64,000 bases of DNA from Eledone cirrhosa (Eukaryota): assembly GCA_964016885.1 (NCBI GenBank), contig OZ024765.1:23735551-23799550 (forward strand), read 5' to 3'. Below are positions 30,001-45,000 of the stretch, in pieces (the stretch's first letter is position 1; every line of letters begins with the position of its first letter). The notes below the pieces were generated by a model. That model did no database searches. It saw nothing but the letters and a program-made list of their open reading frames with translations, and was not told where the DNA came from. A program made the translations under genes and the position numbers.

Positions 30001-33000
30001 AGTAGGAAGACCTGGGATGAGGTGATAAAAGCTGACCTCAGACAATTGATGGAAGCTATGAAGTAGGAAGACCTGGGATGAGGTGATAAAAGCTGACCTC
30101 ACACAATTGATGGAAGCTATGGAGTAGGAAGACCTGGGATGAGGTGATAAAAGCTGACCTCACACAATTGATGGAAGCTATGCCGTAGGAAGACCTGGGA
30201 TGAGGTGATAAAAGCTGACCTCAGACAATTGATGGAAGCTATGAAGTAGGAAGACCTGGGATGAGGTGATAAAAGCTGACCTCACACAATTGATGGAAGC
30301 TATGGAGTAGGAAGACCTGGGATGAGGTGATAAAAGCTGACCTCAGACAATTGATGGAAGCTATGAAGTAGGAAGACCTGGGATGAGGTGATAAAAGCTG
30401 ACCTCACACAATTGATGGAAGCTATGGAGTAGGAAGACCTGGGATGAGGTGATAAAAGCTGACCTCACACAATTGATGGAAGCTATGAAGTAGGAAGACC
30501 TGGGATGAGGTGATAAAAGCTGACCTCACACAATTGATGGAAGCTATGGAGTAGGAAGACCTGGGATGAGGTGATAAAAGCTGACCTCAGACAATTGATG
30601 GAAGCTATGGAGTAGGAAGACCTGGGATGAGGTGATAAAAGCTGACCTCACACAATTGATGGAAGCTATGCCGTAGGAAGACCTGGGATGAGGTGATAAA
30701 AGCTGACCTCAGACAATTGATGGAAGCTATGAAGTAGGAAGACCTGGGATGAGGTGATAAAAGCTGACCTCACACAATTGATGGAAGCTATGGAGTAGGA
30801 AGACCTGGGATGAGGTGATAAAAGCTGACCTCAGACAATTGATGGAAGCTATGAAGTAGGAAGACCTGGGATGAGGTGATAAAAGCTGACCTCACACAAT
30901 TGATGGAAGCTATGGAGTAGGAAGACCTGGGATGAGGTGATAAAAGCTGACCTCACACAATTGATGGAAGCTATGAAGTAGGAAGACCTGGGATGAGGTG
31001 ATAAAAGCTGACCTCACACAATTGATGGAAGCTATGGAGTAGGAAGACCTGGGATGAGGTGATAAAAGCTGACCTCACACAACTGATGGAAGCTATGAAG
31101 TAGGAAGATCTATCATGAGGTGATAAAAGCTGACCTTACACAATTGATGGAAGCTATGAAGTAGGAAGACCTGGGATGAGGTGATAAAAGCTGACCTCAC
31201 ATAATTGATGGAAGCTATGAAGTAGGAAGACCTGGGATGAGGTGATAAAAGCTGACCTCACACAACTGATGGAAGCTATGAAGTAGGAAGATCTAGTTTG
31301 AGGTGATAAAAGCTCACCTCACACAATTGATGGAAGCTATGAAGTAGGAAGACCTGGGATGAGGTGATAAAAGCTGACCTCAGACAACTGATGGAAGCTA
31401 TGAAGTAGGAAGACCTGGGATGAGGTGATAAAAGCTGAGCTCACATAACTGATGGAAGCTATGAAGTAGGAAGATCTAGGATGAGGTGATAAAAGCTGAC
31501 CTCAGATATTATTTATATTGAGAATACCTTAATATCAGTAAGAGTGGCTTGAACAGAAAAAGGGGACAGAATTCTGGTCGGTTTAAATGTTAAAGAGTTA
31601 ATCAACTTTCAGTGGATTACGTTCCAATTTCCTGGAAGCTATACAGTAGGAAGACCTGGGATGAGGTGATAAAATCTGGCCTCACACAACTGATGGAAGC
31701 TATGAAGTAGGAAGACATAGTTTGAGGTGATAAAAGCTGACCTCAGACAATTGATGGAAGCTATGCCGTAGGAAGACCTGGGATGAGGTGATAAAAGCTG
31801 ACCTCACACAATTGATGGAAGCTATGAAGTAGGAAGACATAGTTTGAGGTGATAAAAGCTGACCTCAGACAATTGATGGAAGCTATGAAGTAGGAAGACC
31901 TGGGATGAGGTGATAAAAGCTGACCTCCCACAATTGATGGAAGCTATGAAGTAGGAAGATCTAGGATGAGGTGATAAAAGCTGACCTCACACAATTGATG
32001 GAAGCTATGAAGTAGGAAGACCTGGGATGAGGTGATAAAAGCTGACCTCACACAATTGATGGAAGCTATGAAGTAGGAAGACCTGGGATGAGGTGATAAA
32101 AGCAGAGCTCCCACAATTGATGGAAGCTATGAAGTAGGAAGACCTGGGATGTGGTGATAAAAGCTGACCTGACACAATTGATGGAAGCTATGGAGCAGAA
32201 AGACCTAGGATGAGGTGATAAAAGCTGACCTCACGATTGATGGAAGTTATGAAGTAGGAAGATCTAGGATGAGGTGATAAAAACTGACCTCAGACAATTG
32301 ATAGAAGCTATGAAGTAGGAAGACCTGGGATGAGGTGATAAAAGCTGACCTCAGACAATTGATGGAAGCTATGAAGTAGGAAGACCTGGGATGAGGTGAT
32401 AAAAGCTGACCTCACACAATTGATGGAAGCTATGGAGTAGGAAGACCTGGGATGAGGTGATAAAAGCTGACCTCACACAATTGATGGAAGCTATGGAGTA
32501 GGAAGACCTCGGATGAGGTGATAAAAGCTGACCTCAGACAATTGATGGAAGCTATGAAGTAGGAAGACCTGGGATGAGGTGATAAAAGCTGACCTCACAC
32601 AACTGATGGAAGCTATGGAGTAGGAAGACCTGTGATGAGGTGATAAAAGCTGACCTCACACAACTGATGGAAGCTATGAAGTAGGAAGATGAAAGATGAG
32701 GTGATAAAAGCTGACCTCAGACAATTGATCGAAGCTATGAAGTAGGAAGACCTGGGATGAGGTGATAAAAGCTGACCTCACACAATTGATCGAAGCTATG
32801 AAGTACGAAGACCTGGGATGAGGTGATAAAAGCTGACCTCACACAACTGATGGAAGCTATGAAGTAGGAAGATCTATCATGAGGTGATAAAAGCTGACCT
32901 TACACAATTGATGGAAGCTATGAAGTAGGAAGACCTGGGATGAGGTTATAAAAGCTGACTTCACACAATTGATGGAAGCTATGAAGTAGGAAGACCTGGG

Positions 33001-36000
33001 ATGAGGTGATAAAAGCTGACCTGACACAATTGATGGAAGCTATGAAGTAGGAAGACCTGGGATGAGGTGATAAAAGCTGACCTCACACAATTGATGGAAG
33101 CTATGAAGTAGGAAGATCTAGGATGTGATAAAAGCTGACCTCAGACAATTGATGGAAGCTATGAAGTAGGAAGACATAGTTTGAGGTGATAAAAGCTGAC
33201 CTCAGACAATTGATGGAAGCTATGAAATAGGAAGACCTGGGATGAGGTGATAAAAGCTGACCTCACACAACTGATGGAAGCTATGAAGTAGGAAGATCTA
33301 GGATGTGATAAAAGCTGACCTCAGACAATTGATCGAAGCTATGAAGTAGGAAGACCTGGGATGAGGTGATAAAATCTGGCCTCACACAACTGATGGAAGC
33401 TATGAAGTTGGAAGACATAGTTTGAGGTGATAAAAGCTGACCTCAGACAATTGATGGAAGCTATGCCGTAGGAAGACCTGGGATGAGGTGATAAAAGCTG
33501 ACCTCACACAATTGATGGAAGCTATGAAGTAGGAAGACATAGTTTGAGGTGATAAAAGCTGACCTCAGACAATTGATGGAAGCTATGAAGTAGGAAGACC
33601 TGGGATGAGGTGATAAAAGCTGACCTCCCACAATTGATGGAAGCTATGAAGTAGGAAGATCTAGGATGAGGTGATAAAAGCTGACCTCACACAATTGATG
33701 GAAGCTATGAAGTAGGAAGATCTATCATGAGGTGATAAAAGCTGACCTCAGACAATTGATTTGAAGCTATGAAGTAGGAAGACCTGGGATGAGGTGATAA
33801 AAGCTGACCTCACACAATTGATGGAAGCTATGAAGTAGGAAGACCTGGGATGAGGTGATAAAAGCAGAGCTCCCACAATTGATGGAAGCTATGAAGTAGG
33901 AAGACGTGGGATGAGGTGATAAAAGCTGACCTGACACAATTGATGGAAGCTATGGAGCAGAAAGACCTAGGATGAGGTGATAAAAGCTGACCTCACGATT
34001 GATGGAAGTTATGAAGTAGGAAGATCTAGGAGGAGGTGATAAAAACTGACCTCAGACAATTGATAGAAGCTATGAAGTAGGAAGACCTGGGATGAGGTGA
34101 TAAAAGGTGACCTCAGACAATTGATGGAAGCTATGAAGTAGGAAGACCTGGGATGAGGTGATAAAAGCTGACCTCACACAATTGATGGAAGCTATGGATT
34201 AGGAAGACCTGGGATGAGGTGATAAAAGCTGACCTCACACAATTGATGGAAGCTATGGAGTAGGAAGACCTGGGATGAGGTGATAAAAGCTGACCTCAGA
34301 CAATTGATGGAAGCTATGAAGTAGCAAGACCTGGGATGAGGTGATAAAAGCTGACCTCACACAATTGATGGAAGCTATGGAGTAGGAAGACCTGTGATGA
34401 GGTGATAAAAGCTGACCTCACACAACTGATGGAAGCTATGAAGTAGGAAGATCAAGGATGAGGTGATAAAAGCTGACCTCAGACAATTGATCGAAGCTAT
34501 GAAGTAGGAAGACCTGGGATGAGGTAATAAAAGCTGACCTCACACAATTGATGGAAGCTATAGAGTAGGAAGACCTGGGATGAGGTGATAAAAGTTGACC
34601 TCACACAATTGATGGAAGCTATGAAGTAGGAAGACCTAGTTTGAGGTGATAAAAGCTGACCTCAGACAATTGATAGAAGCTATGAAGTAGGAAGACCTGG
34701 GATGAGGTGATAAAAGCTGACCTCACACAACTGATGGAAGCTATGAAGTAGGAAGATCTATCATGAGGTGATAAAAGCTGACCTCACACAATTGATGGAA
34801 GCTATGAAGTAGGAAGACCTGGGATGAGGTTATAAAAGCTGACTTCACACAATTGATGGAAGCTATGAAGTAGGAAGACCTGGGATGAGGTGATAAAAGC
34901 TGACCTGACACAATTGATGGAAGTTATGGAGTAGGAAGACCTAGTTTGAGGTGATAAAAGCTGACCTCACACAATTGATGGAAGCTATGAAGCAGGAAGA
35001 CCTGGGATGAGGTGATAAAACCTGACCTCACACAACTGATGGAAGCTATGAAGTAGGAAGATCTAGTTTGAGGTGATAAAAGCTCACCTCACACAATTGA
35101 TGGAAGCTATGAAGTAGGAAGATCTAGGATGAGGTGATAAAAGCTGACCTCAGACAACTGATGGAAGCTATGAAGTAGGAAGACCTGGGATGAGGTGATA
35201 AAAGCTGAGCTCACACAACTGATGGAAGCTATGAAGTAGGAAGATCTAGGATGAGGTGATAAAAGCTGACCTCAGATATTATTTATATTGAGAATACCTT
35301 AATATCAGTAAGAGTGGCTTGAACAGAAAAAGGGGACAGAATTCTGTTCGGTTTAAATGTTAAAGAGTTAATCAACTTTCAGTGGATTACGTTCCAATTT
35401 CCTGGAAGCTATACAGTAGGAAGACCTGGGATGAGGTGATAAAAGCTGACCTGACACAATTGATGGAAGCTATGAAGTAGGAAGACCTGGGATGAGGTGA
35501 TAAAAGCTGACCTCACACAATTGATGGAAGCTATGAAGTAGGAAGATCTAGGATGTGATAAAAGCTGACCTCAGACAATTGATGGAAGCTATGAAGTAGG
35601 AAGACCTGGGATGAGGTGATAAAAGCTGACCTCACACAATTGATGGAAGCTATGAAGTAGGAAGACATAGTTTGAGGTGATAAAAGCTGACCTCAGACAA
35701 TTGATGGAAGCTATGAAGTAGGAAGACCTGGGATGAGGTGATAAAAGCTGACCTCCCACAATTGATGGAAGCTATGAAGTAGGAAGATCTATCATGAGGT
35801 GATAAAAGCTGACCTCAGACAATTGATTTGAAGCTATGAAGTAGGAAGACCTGGGATGAGGTGATAAAAGCTGACCTCACACAATTGATGGAAGCTATGA
35901 AGTAGGAAGACCTGGGATGAGGTGATAAAAGCAGAGCTCCCACAATTGATGGAAGCTATGAAGTAGGAAGACCTGGGATGAGGTGATAAAAGCTGACCTG

Positions 36001-39000
36001 ACACAATTGATGGAAGCTATGGAGCAGAAAGACCTAGGATGAGGTGATAAAAGCTGACCTCACGATTGATGGAAGTTATGAAGTAGGAAGATATAGGATG
36101 AGGTGATAAAAACTGACCTCAGAAAATTGATAGAAGCTATGAAGTAGGAAGACCTGGGATGAGGTGATAAAAGCTGACCTCAGATAATTGATGGAAGCTA
36201 TGAAGTAGGAAGACCTGGGATGAGGTGATAAAAGCTGACCTCACAAAAATTGATGGAAGCTATGGAGTAGGAAGACCTGGGATGAGGTGATAAAAGCTGA
36301 CCTCACACAATTGATGGAAGCTATGGAGTAGGAAGACCTGGGATGAGGTGATAAAAGCTGACCTCAGACAATTGATGGAAGCTATGAAGTAGGAAGACCT
36401 GGGATGAGGTAATAAAAGCTGACCTCACACAATTGATGGAAGCTATAGAGTAGGAAGACCTGGGATGAGGTGATAAAAGTTGACCTCACACAATTGATGG
36501 AAGCTATGAAGTAGGAAGACCTAGTTTGAGGTGATAAAAGCTGACCTCAGACAATTGATAGAAGCTATGAAGTAGGAAGACCTGGGATGAGGTGATAAAA
36601 GCTGACCTCACACAACTGATGGTGCTATGAAGTAGGAAGATCTATCATGAGGTGATAAAAGCTGACCTTACACAATTGATGGAAGCTATGAAGTAGGAAG
36701 ACCTGGGATGAGGTTATAAAAGCTGACTTCACACAATTGATGGAAGCTATGAAGTAGGAAGACCTGGGATGAGGTGATAAAAGCTGACCTGACACAATTG
36801 ATGGAAGTTATGGAGTAGGAAGACCTAGTTTGAGGTGATAAAAGCTGACCTCACACAATTGATGGAAGCTATGAAGCAGGAAGACCTGGGATGAGGTGAT
36901 AAAAGCTGAAATCACATAATTGATGGAAGCTATGAAGTAGGAAGACCTGGGATGAGGTGATAAAAGCTGACCTCACACAACTCATGGAAGCTATGAAGTA
37001 GGAAGATCTAGTTTGAGGTGATAAAAGCTCACCTCACACAATTGATGGAAGCTATGAAGTAGGAAGATCTAGGATGAGGTGATAAAAGCTGACCTCAGAC
37101 AACTGATGGAAGCTATGAAGTAGGAAGACCTGGGATGAGGTGATAAAAGCTGAGCTCACACAACTGATGGAAGCTATGAAGTAGGAAGATCTAGGATGAG
37201 GTGATAAAAGCTGACCTCAGATATTATTTATATTGAGAATACCTTAATATCAGTAAGAGTGGCTTGAACAGAAAAAGGGGACAGAATTCTGGTCGGTTTA
37301 AATGTTAAAGAGTTAATCAACTTTCAGTGGATTACGTTCCAATTTCCTGGAAGCTATACAGTAGGAAGACCTGGGATGAGGTGATAAAAGCTGACCTGAC
37401 ACAATTGATGGAAGCTATGAAGTAGGAAGACCTGGGATGAGGTGATAAAAGCTGACCTCACACAATTGATGGAAGCTATGAAGTAGGAAGATCTAGGATG
37501 TGATAAAAGCTGACCTCAGACAATTGATGGAAGCTATGAAGTAGGAAGACATAGTTTGAGGTGATAAAAGCTGACCTCAGACAATTGATGGAAGCTATGA
37601 AGTAGGAAGATCTGGGATGAGGTGATAAAATCTGGCCTCACACAACTGATGGAAGCTATGAAGTAGGAAGACATAGTTTGAGGTGATAAAAGCTGACCTC
37701 AGACAATTGATGGAAGCTATGCCGTAGGAAGACCTGGGATGAGGTGATAAAAGCTGACCTCACACAATTGATGGAAGCTATGAAGTAGGAAGACATAGTT
37801 TGAGTTGATAAAAGCTGACCTCAGACAATTGATGGAAGCTATGAAGTAGGAAGACCTGGGATGAGGTGATAAAAGCTGACCTCCCACAATTGATGGAAGC
37901 TATGAAGTAGGAAGATCTAGGATGAGGTGATAAAAGCTGACCTCACACAATTGATGGAAGCTATGAAGTAGGAAGATCTATCATGAGGTGATAAAAGCTG
38001 ACCTCAGACAATTGATTTGAAGCTATGAAGTAGGAAGACCTGGGATGAGGTGATAAAAGCTGACCTCACACAATTGATGGAAGCTATGAAGTAGGAAGAC
38101 CTAGGATGAGGTGATAAAAGCAGAGCTCCCACAATTGATGGAAGCTATGAAGTAGGAAGACCTGGGATGAGGTGATAAAAGCTGACCTGACACAATTGAT
38201 GGAAGCTATGGAGCAGAAAGACCTGGGATGAGGTGATAAAAGCTGACCTCACGATTGATGGAAGTTATGAAGTAGGAAGATCTAGGAGGAGGTGATAAAA
38301 ACTGACCTCAGACAATTGATAGAAGCTATGAAGTAGGAAGACCTGGGATGAGGTGATAAAAGCTGACCTCAGACAATTGATGGAAGCTATGAAGTAGGAA
38401 GACCTGGGATGAGGTGATAAAACCTGACCTCACACAATTGATGGAAGCTATGGAGTAGGAAGACCTGGGATGAGGTGATAAAAGCTGACCTCACACAATT
38501 GATGGAAGCTATGGAGTAGGAAGACCTGTGATGAGGTGATAAAAGCTGACCTCACACAACTGATGGAAGCTATGAAGTAGGAAGATCAAGGATGAGGTGA
38601 TAAAAGCTGACCTCAGACAATTGATCGAAGCTATGAAGTAGGAAGACCTGGGATGAGGTAATAAAAGCTGACCTCACACAATTGATGGAAGCTATAGAGT
38701 AGGAAGACCTGGGATGAGGTGATAAAAGCTGACCTTACACAATTGATGGAAGCTATGAAGTAGGAAGATCTAGGATGTGATAAAAGCTGACCTCAGACAA
38801 TTGATGGAAGCTATGAAGTAGGAAGACATAGTTTGAGGTGATAAAAGCTGACCTCAGACAATTGATGGAAGCTATGAAGTAGGAAGACCTGGGATGAGGT
38901 GATAAAATCTGGCCTCACACAACTGATGGAAGCTATGAAGTAGGAAGACATAGTTTGAGGTGATAAAAGCTGACCTCAGACAATTGATGGAAGCTATGAA

Positions 39001-42000
39001 GTAGGAAGACCTGGGATGAGGTGATAAAAGCTGACCTCCCACAATTGATGGAAGCTATGAAGTAGGAAGATCTAGGATGAGGTGATAAAAGCTGACCTCA
39101 CACAATTGATGGAAGCTATGAAGTAGGAAGATCTTTCATGAGGTGATAAAAGCTGACCTCAGACAATTGATTTGAAGCTATGAAGTAGGAAGACCTGGGA
39201 TGAGGTGATAAAAGCTGACCTCAGACAATTGATGGAAGCTATGAAGTAGGAAGACCTGGGATGAGGTGATAAAAGCTGACCTCACACAATTGATGGAAGC
39301 TATGGAGTAGGAAGACCTGGGATGAGGTGATAAAAGCTGACCTCACACAATTGATGGAAGCTATGGAGTAGGAAGACCTGGGATGAGGTGATAAAAGCTG
39401 ACCTCAGACAATTGATGGAAGCTATGAAGTAGCAAGACCTGCGATGAGGTGATAAAAGCTGACCTCACACAATTGATGGAAGCTATGGAGTAGGAAGACC
39501 TGTGATGAGGTGATAAAAGCTGACCTCACACAACTGATGGAAGCTATGAAGTAGGAAGATCAAGGATGAGGTGATAAAAGCTGACCTCAGACAATTGATC
39601 GAAGCTATGAAGTAGGAAGACCTGGGATGAGGTAATAAAAGCTGACCTCACACAATTGATGGAAGCTATAGAGTAGGAAGACCTGGGATGAGGTGATAAA
39701 AGTTGACCTCACACAATTGATGGAAGCTATGAAGTAGGAAGACCTAGTTTGAGGTGATAAAAGCTGACCTCAGACAATTGATAGAAGCTATGAAGTAGGA
39801 AGACCTGGGATGAGGTGATAAAAGCTGACCTCACACAACTGATGGAAGCTATGAAGTAGGAAGATCTATCATGAGGTGATAAAAGCTGACCTCACACAAT
39901 TGATGGAAGCTATGAAGTAGGAAGACCTGGGATGAGGTTATAAAAGCTGACTTCACACAATTGATGGAAGCTATGAAGTAGGAAGACCTGGGATGAGGTG
40001 ATAAAAGTTGACCTGACACAATTGATGGAAGTTATGGAGTAGGAAGACCTAGTTTGAGGTGATAAAAGCTGACCTCACACAATTGATGGAAGCTATGAAG
40101 TAGGAAGACCTGGGATGAGGTGATAAAAGCTGACCTCACATAATTGATGGAAGCTATGAAGTAGGAAGACCTGGGATGAGGTGATAAAACCTGACCTCAC
40201 ACAACTGATGGAAGCTATGAAGTAGGAAGATCTAGTTTGAGGTGATAAAAGCTCACCTCACACAATTGATGGAAGCTATGAAGTAGGAAGATCTAGGATG
40301 AGGTGATAAAAGCTGACCTCAGACAACTGATGGAAGCTATGAAGTAGGAAGACCTGGGATGAGGTGATAAAAGCTGAGCTCACACAACTGATGGAAGCTA
40401 TGAAGTAGGAAGATCTAGGATGAGGTGATAAAAGCTGACCTCAGATATTATTTATATTGAGAATACCTTAATATCAGTAAGAGTGGCTTGAACAGAAAAA
40501 GGGGACAGAATTCTGGTCGGTTTAAATGTTAAAGAGTTAATCAACTTTCAGTGGATTACGTTCCAATTTCCTGGAAGCTATACAGTAGGAAGACCTGGGA
40601 TGAGGTGATAAAAGCTGACCTGACACAATTGATGGAAGCTATGAAGTAGGAAGACCTGGGATGAGGTGATAAAAGCTGACCTCACACAATTGATGGAAGC
40701 TATGAAGTAGGAAGATCTAGGATGTGATAAAAGCTGACCTCAGACAATTGATGGAAGCTATGAAGTAGGAAGACATAGTTTGAGGTGATAAAAGCTGACC
40801 TCAGACAATTGATGGAAGCTATGAAGTAGGAAGACCTGGGATGAGGTGATAAAAGCTGACCTCACACAACTGATGGAAGCTATGAAGTAGGAAGATCTAG
40901 GATGTGATAAAAGCTGACCTCAGACAATTGATCGAAGCTATGAAGTAGGAAGACCTGGGATGAGGTGATAAAATCTGGCCTCACACAACTGATGGAAGCT
41001 ATGAAGTAGGAAGACATAGTTTGAGGTGATAAAAGCTGACCTCAGACAATTGATGGAAGCTATGCCGTAGGAAGACCTGGGATGAGGTGATAAAAGCTGA
41101 CCTCACACAATTGATGGAAGCTATGAAGTAGGAAGACATAGTTTGAGGTGATAAAAGCTGACCTCAGACAATTGATGGAAGCTATGAAGTAGGAAGACCT
41201 GGGATGAGGTGATAAAAGCTGACCTCCCACAATTGATGGAAGCTATGAAGTAGGAAGATCTAGGATGAGGTGATAAAAGCTGACCTCACACAATTGATGG
41301 AAGCTATGAAGTAGGAAGATCTATCATGAGGTGATAAAAGCTGACCTCAGACAATTGATTTGAAGCTATGAAGTAGGAAGACCTGGGATGAGGTGATAAA
41401 AGCTGACCTCAGACAATTGATGGAAGCTATGAAGTAGGAAGACCTGGGATGAGGTGATAGAAGCAGAGCTCCCACAATTGATGGAAGCTATGAAGTAGGA
41501 AGACCTGGGATGAGGTGATAAAAGCTGACCTGACACAATTGATGGAAGCTATGGAGCAGAAAGACCTAGGATGAGGTGATAAAAGCTGACCTCACGATTG
41601 ATGGAAGTTATGAAGTAGGAAGATCTAGGATGAGGTGATAAAAGCTGACCTCACACAATTGATGGAAGCTATGGAGTAGGAAGACCTGGGATGAGGTGAT
41701 AAAAGCTGACCTCACACAATTGATGGAAGCTATGGAGTAGGAAGACCTGGGATGAGGTGATAAAAGCTGACCTCAGACAATTGATGGAAGCTATGAAGTA
41801 GGAAGACCTGGGATGAGGTAATAAAAGCTGACCTCACACAATTGATGGAAGCTATAGAGTAGGAAGACCTGGGATGAGGTGATAAAAGTTGACCTCACAC
41901 AATTGATGGAAGCTATGAAGTAGGAAGACCTAGTTTGAGGTGATAAAAGCTGACCTCAGACAATTGATAGAAGCTATGAAGTAGGAAGACCTGGGATGAG

Positions 42001-45000
42001 GTGATAAAAGCTGACCTCACACAACTGATGGAAGCTATGAAGTAGGAAGATCTATCATGAGGTGATAAAAGCTGACCTTACACAATTGATGGAAGCTATG
42101 AAGTAGGAAGACCTGGGATGAGGTTATAAAAGCTGACTTCACACAATTGATGGAAGCTATGAAGTAGGAAGACCTGGGATGAGGTGATAAAAGCTGACCT
42201 GACACAATTGATGGAAGTTATGGAGTAGGAAGACCTAGTCTGAGGTGATAAAAGCTGACCTCACACAATTGATGGAAGCTATGAAGCAGGAAGACCTGGG
42301 ATGAGGTGATAAAAGCTGACCTCACATAATTGATGGAAGCTATGAAGTAGGAAGACCTGGGATGAGGTGATAAAAGCTGACCTCACACAACTCATGGAAG
42401 CTATGAAGTAGGAAGATCTAGTTTGAGGTGATAAAAGCTCACCTCACACAATTGATGGAAGCTATGAAGTAGGAAGATCTAGGATGAGGTGATAAAAGCT
42501 GACCTCAGACAACTGATGGAAGCTATGAAGTAGGAAGACCTGGGATGAGGTGATAAAAGCTGAGCTCACACAACTGATGGAAGCTATGAAGTAGGAAGAT
42601 CTAGGATGAGGTGATAAAAGCTGACCTCAGATATTATTTATATTGAGAATACCTTAATATCAGTAAGAGTGGCTTGAACAGAAAAAGGGGACAGAATTCT
42701 GGTCGGTTTAAATGTTAAAGAGTTAATCAACTTTCAGTGGATTACGTTCCAATTTCCTGGAAGCTATACAGTAGGAAGACCTGGGATGAGGTGATAAAAG
42801 CTGACCTGACACAATTGATGGAAGCTATGAAGTAGGAAGACCTGGGATGAGGTGATAAAAGCTGACCTCACACAATTGATGGAAGCTATGAAGTAGGAAG
42901 ATCTAGGATGTGATAAAAGCTGACCTCAGACAATTGATGGAAGCTATGAAGTAGGAAGACATAGTTTGAGGTGATAAAAGCTGACCTCAGACAATTGATG
43001 GAAGCTATGAAGTAGGAAGACCTGGGATGAGGTGATAAAAGCTGACCTCACACAACTGATGGAAGCTATGAAGTAGGAAGATCTAGGATGTGATAAAAGC
43101 TGACCTCAGACAATTGATCGAAGCTATGAAGTAGGAAGACCTGGGATGAGGTGATAAAATCTGGCCTCACACAACTGATGGAAGCTATGAAGTAGGAAGA
43201 CATAGTTTGAGGTGATAAAAGCTGACCTCAGACAATTGATGGAAGCTATGCCGTAGGAAGACCTGGGATGAGGTGATAAAAGCTGACCTCACACAATTGA
43301 TGGAAGCTATGAAGTAGGAAGACATAGTTTGAGGTGATAAAAGCTGACCTCAGACAATTGATGGAAGCTATGAAGTAGGAAGACCTGGGATGAGGTGATA
43401 AAAGCTGACCTCCCACAATTGATGGAAGCTATGAAGTAGGAAGATCTAGGATGAGGTGATAAAAGCTGACCTCACACAATTGATGGAAGCTATGAAGTAG
43501 GAAGATCTATCATGAGGTGATAAAAGCTGACCTCAGACAATTGATTTGAAGCTATGAAGTAGGAAGACCTGGGATGAGGTGATAAAAGCTGACCTCAGAC
43601 AATTGATGGAAGCTATGAAGTAGGAAGACCTGGGATGAGGTGATAGAAGCAGAGCTCCCACAATTGATGGAAGCTATGAAGTAGGAAGACCTGGGATGAG
43701 GTGATAAAAGGTGACCTGACACAATTGATGGAAGCTATGGAGCAGAAAGACCTAGGATGAGGTGATAAAAGCTGACCTCACGATTGATGGAAGTTATGAA
43801 GTAGGAAGATCTAGGATGAGGTGATAAAAACTGACCTCAGACAATTGATAGAAGCTATGAAGTAGGAAGACCTGGGATGAGGTGATAAAAGCTGACCTCA
43901 GACAATTGATGGAAGCTATGAAGTAGGAAGACCTGGGATGAGGTGATAAAAGCTGACCTCACATAATTGATGGAAGCTATGGAGTAGGAAGACCTGGGAT
44001 GAGGTGATAAAAGCTGACCTCACACAATTGATGGAAGCTATGGAGTAGGAAGACCTGGGATGAGGTGATAAAAGCTGACCTCAGACAATTGATGGAAGCT
44101 ATGAAGTAGGAAGACCTGGGATGAGGTAATAAAAGCTGACCTCACACAATTGATGGAAGCTATAGAGTAGGAAGACCTGGGATGAGGTGATAAAAGTTGA
44201 CCTCACACAATTGATGGAAGCTATGAAGTAGGAAGACCTAGTTTGAGGTGATAAAAGCTGACCTCAGACAATTGATAGAAGCTATGAAGTAGGAAGACCT
44301 GGGATGAGGTGATAAAAGCTGACCTCACACAACTGATGGAAGCTATGAAGTAGGAAGATCTATCATGAGGTGATAAAAGCTGACCTTACACAATTGATGG
44401 AAGCTATGAAGTAGGAAGACCTGGGATGAGGTTATAAAAGCTGACTTCACACAATTGATGGAAGCTATGAAGTAGGAAGACCTGGGATGAGGTGATAAAA
44501 GCTGACCTGACACAATTGATGGAAGTTATGGAGTAGGAAGACCTAGTCTGAGGTGATAAAAGCTGACCTCACACAATTGATGGAAGCTATGAAGCAGGAA
44601 GACCTGGGATGAGGTGATAAAAGCTGACCTCACATAATTGATGGAAGCTATGAAGTAGGAAGACCTGGGATGAGGTGATAAAAGCTGACCTCACACAACT
44701 CATGGAAGCTATGAAGTAGGAAGATCTAGTTTGAGGTGATAAAAGCTCACCTCACACAATTGATGGAAGCTATGAAGTAGGAAGATCTAGGATGAGGTGA
44801 TAAAAGCTGACCTCAGACAACTGATGGAAGCTATGAAGTAGGAAGACCTGGGATGAGGTGATAAAAGCTGAGCTCACACAACTGATGGAAGCTATGAAGT
44901 AGGAAGATCTAGGATGAGGTGATAAAAGCTGACCTCAGATATTATTTATATTGAGAATACCTTAATATCAGTAAGAGTGGCTTGAACAGAAAAAGGGGAC

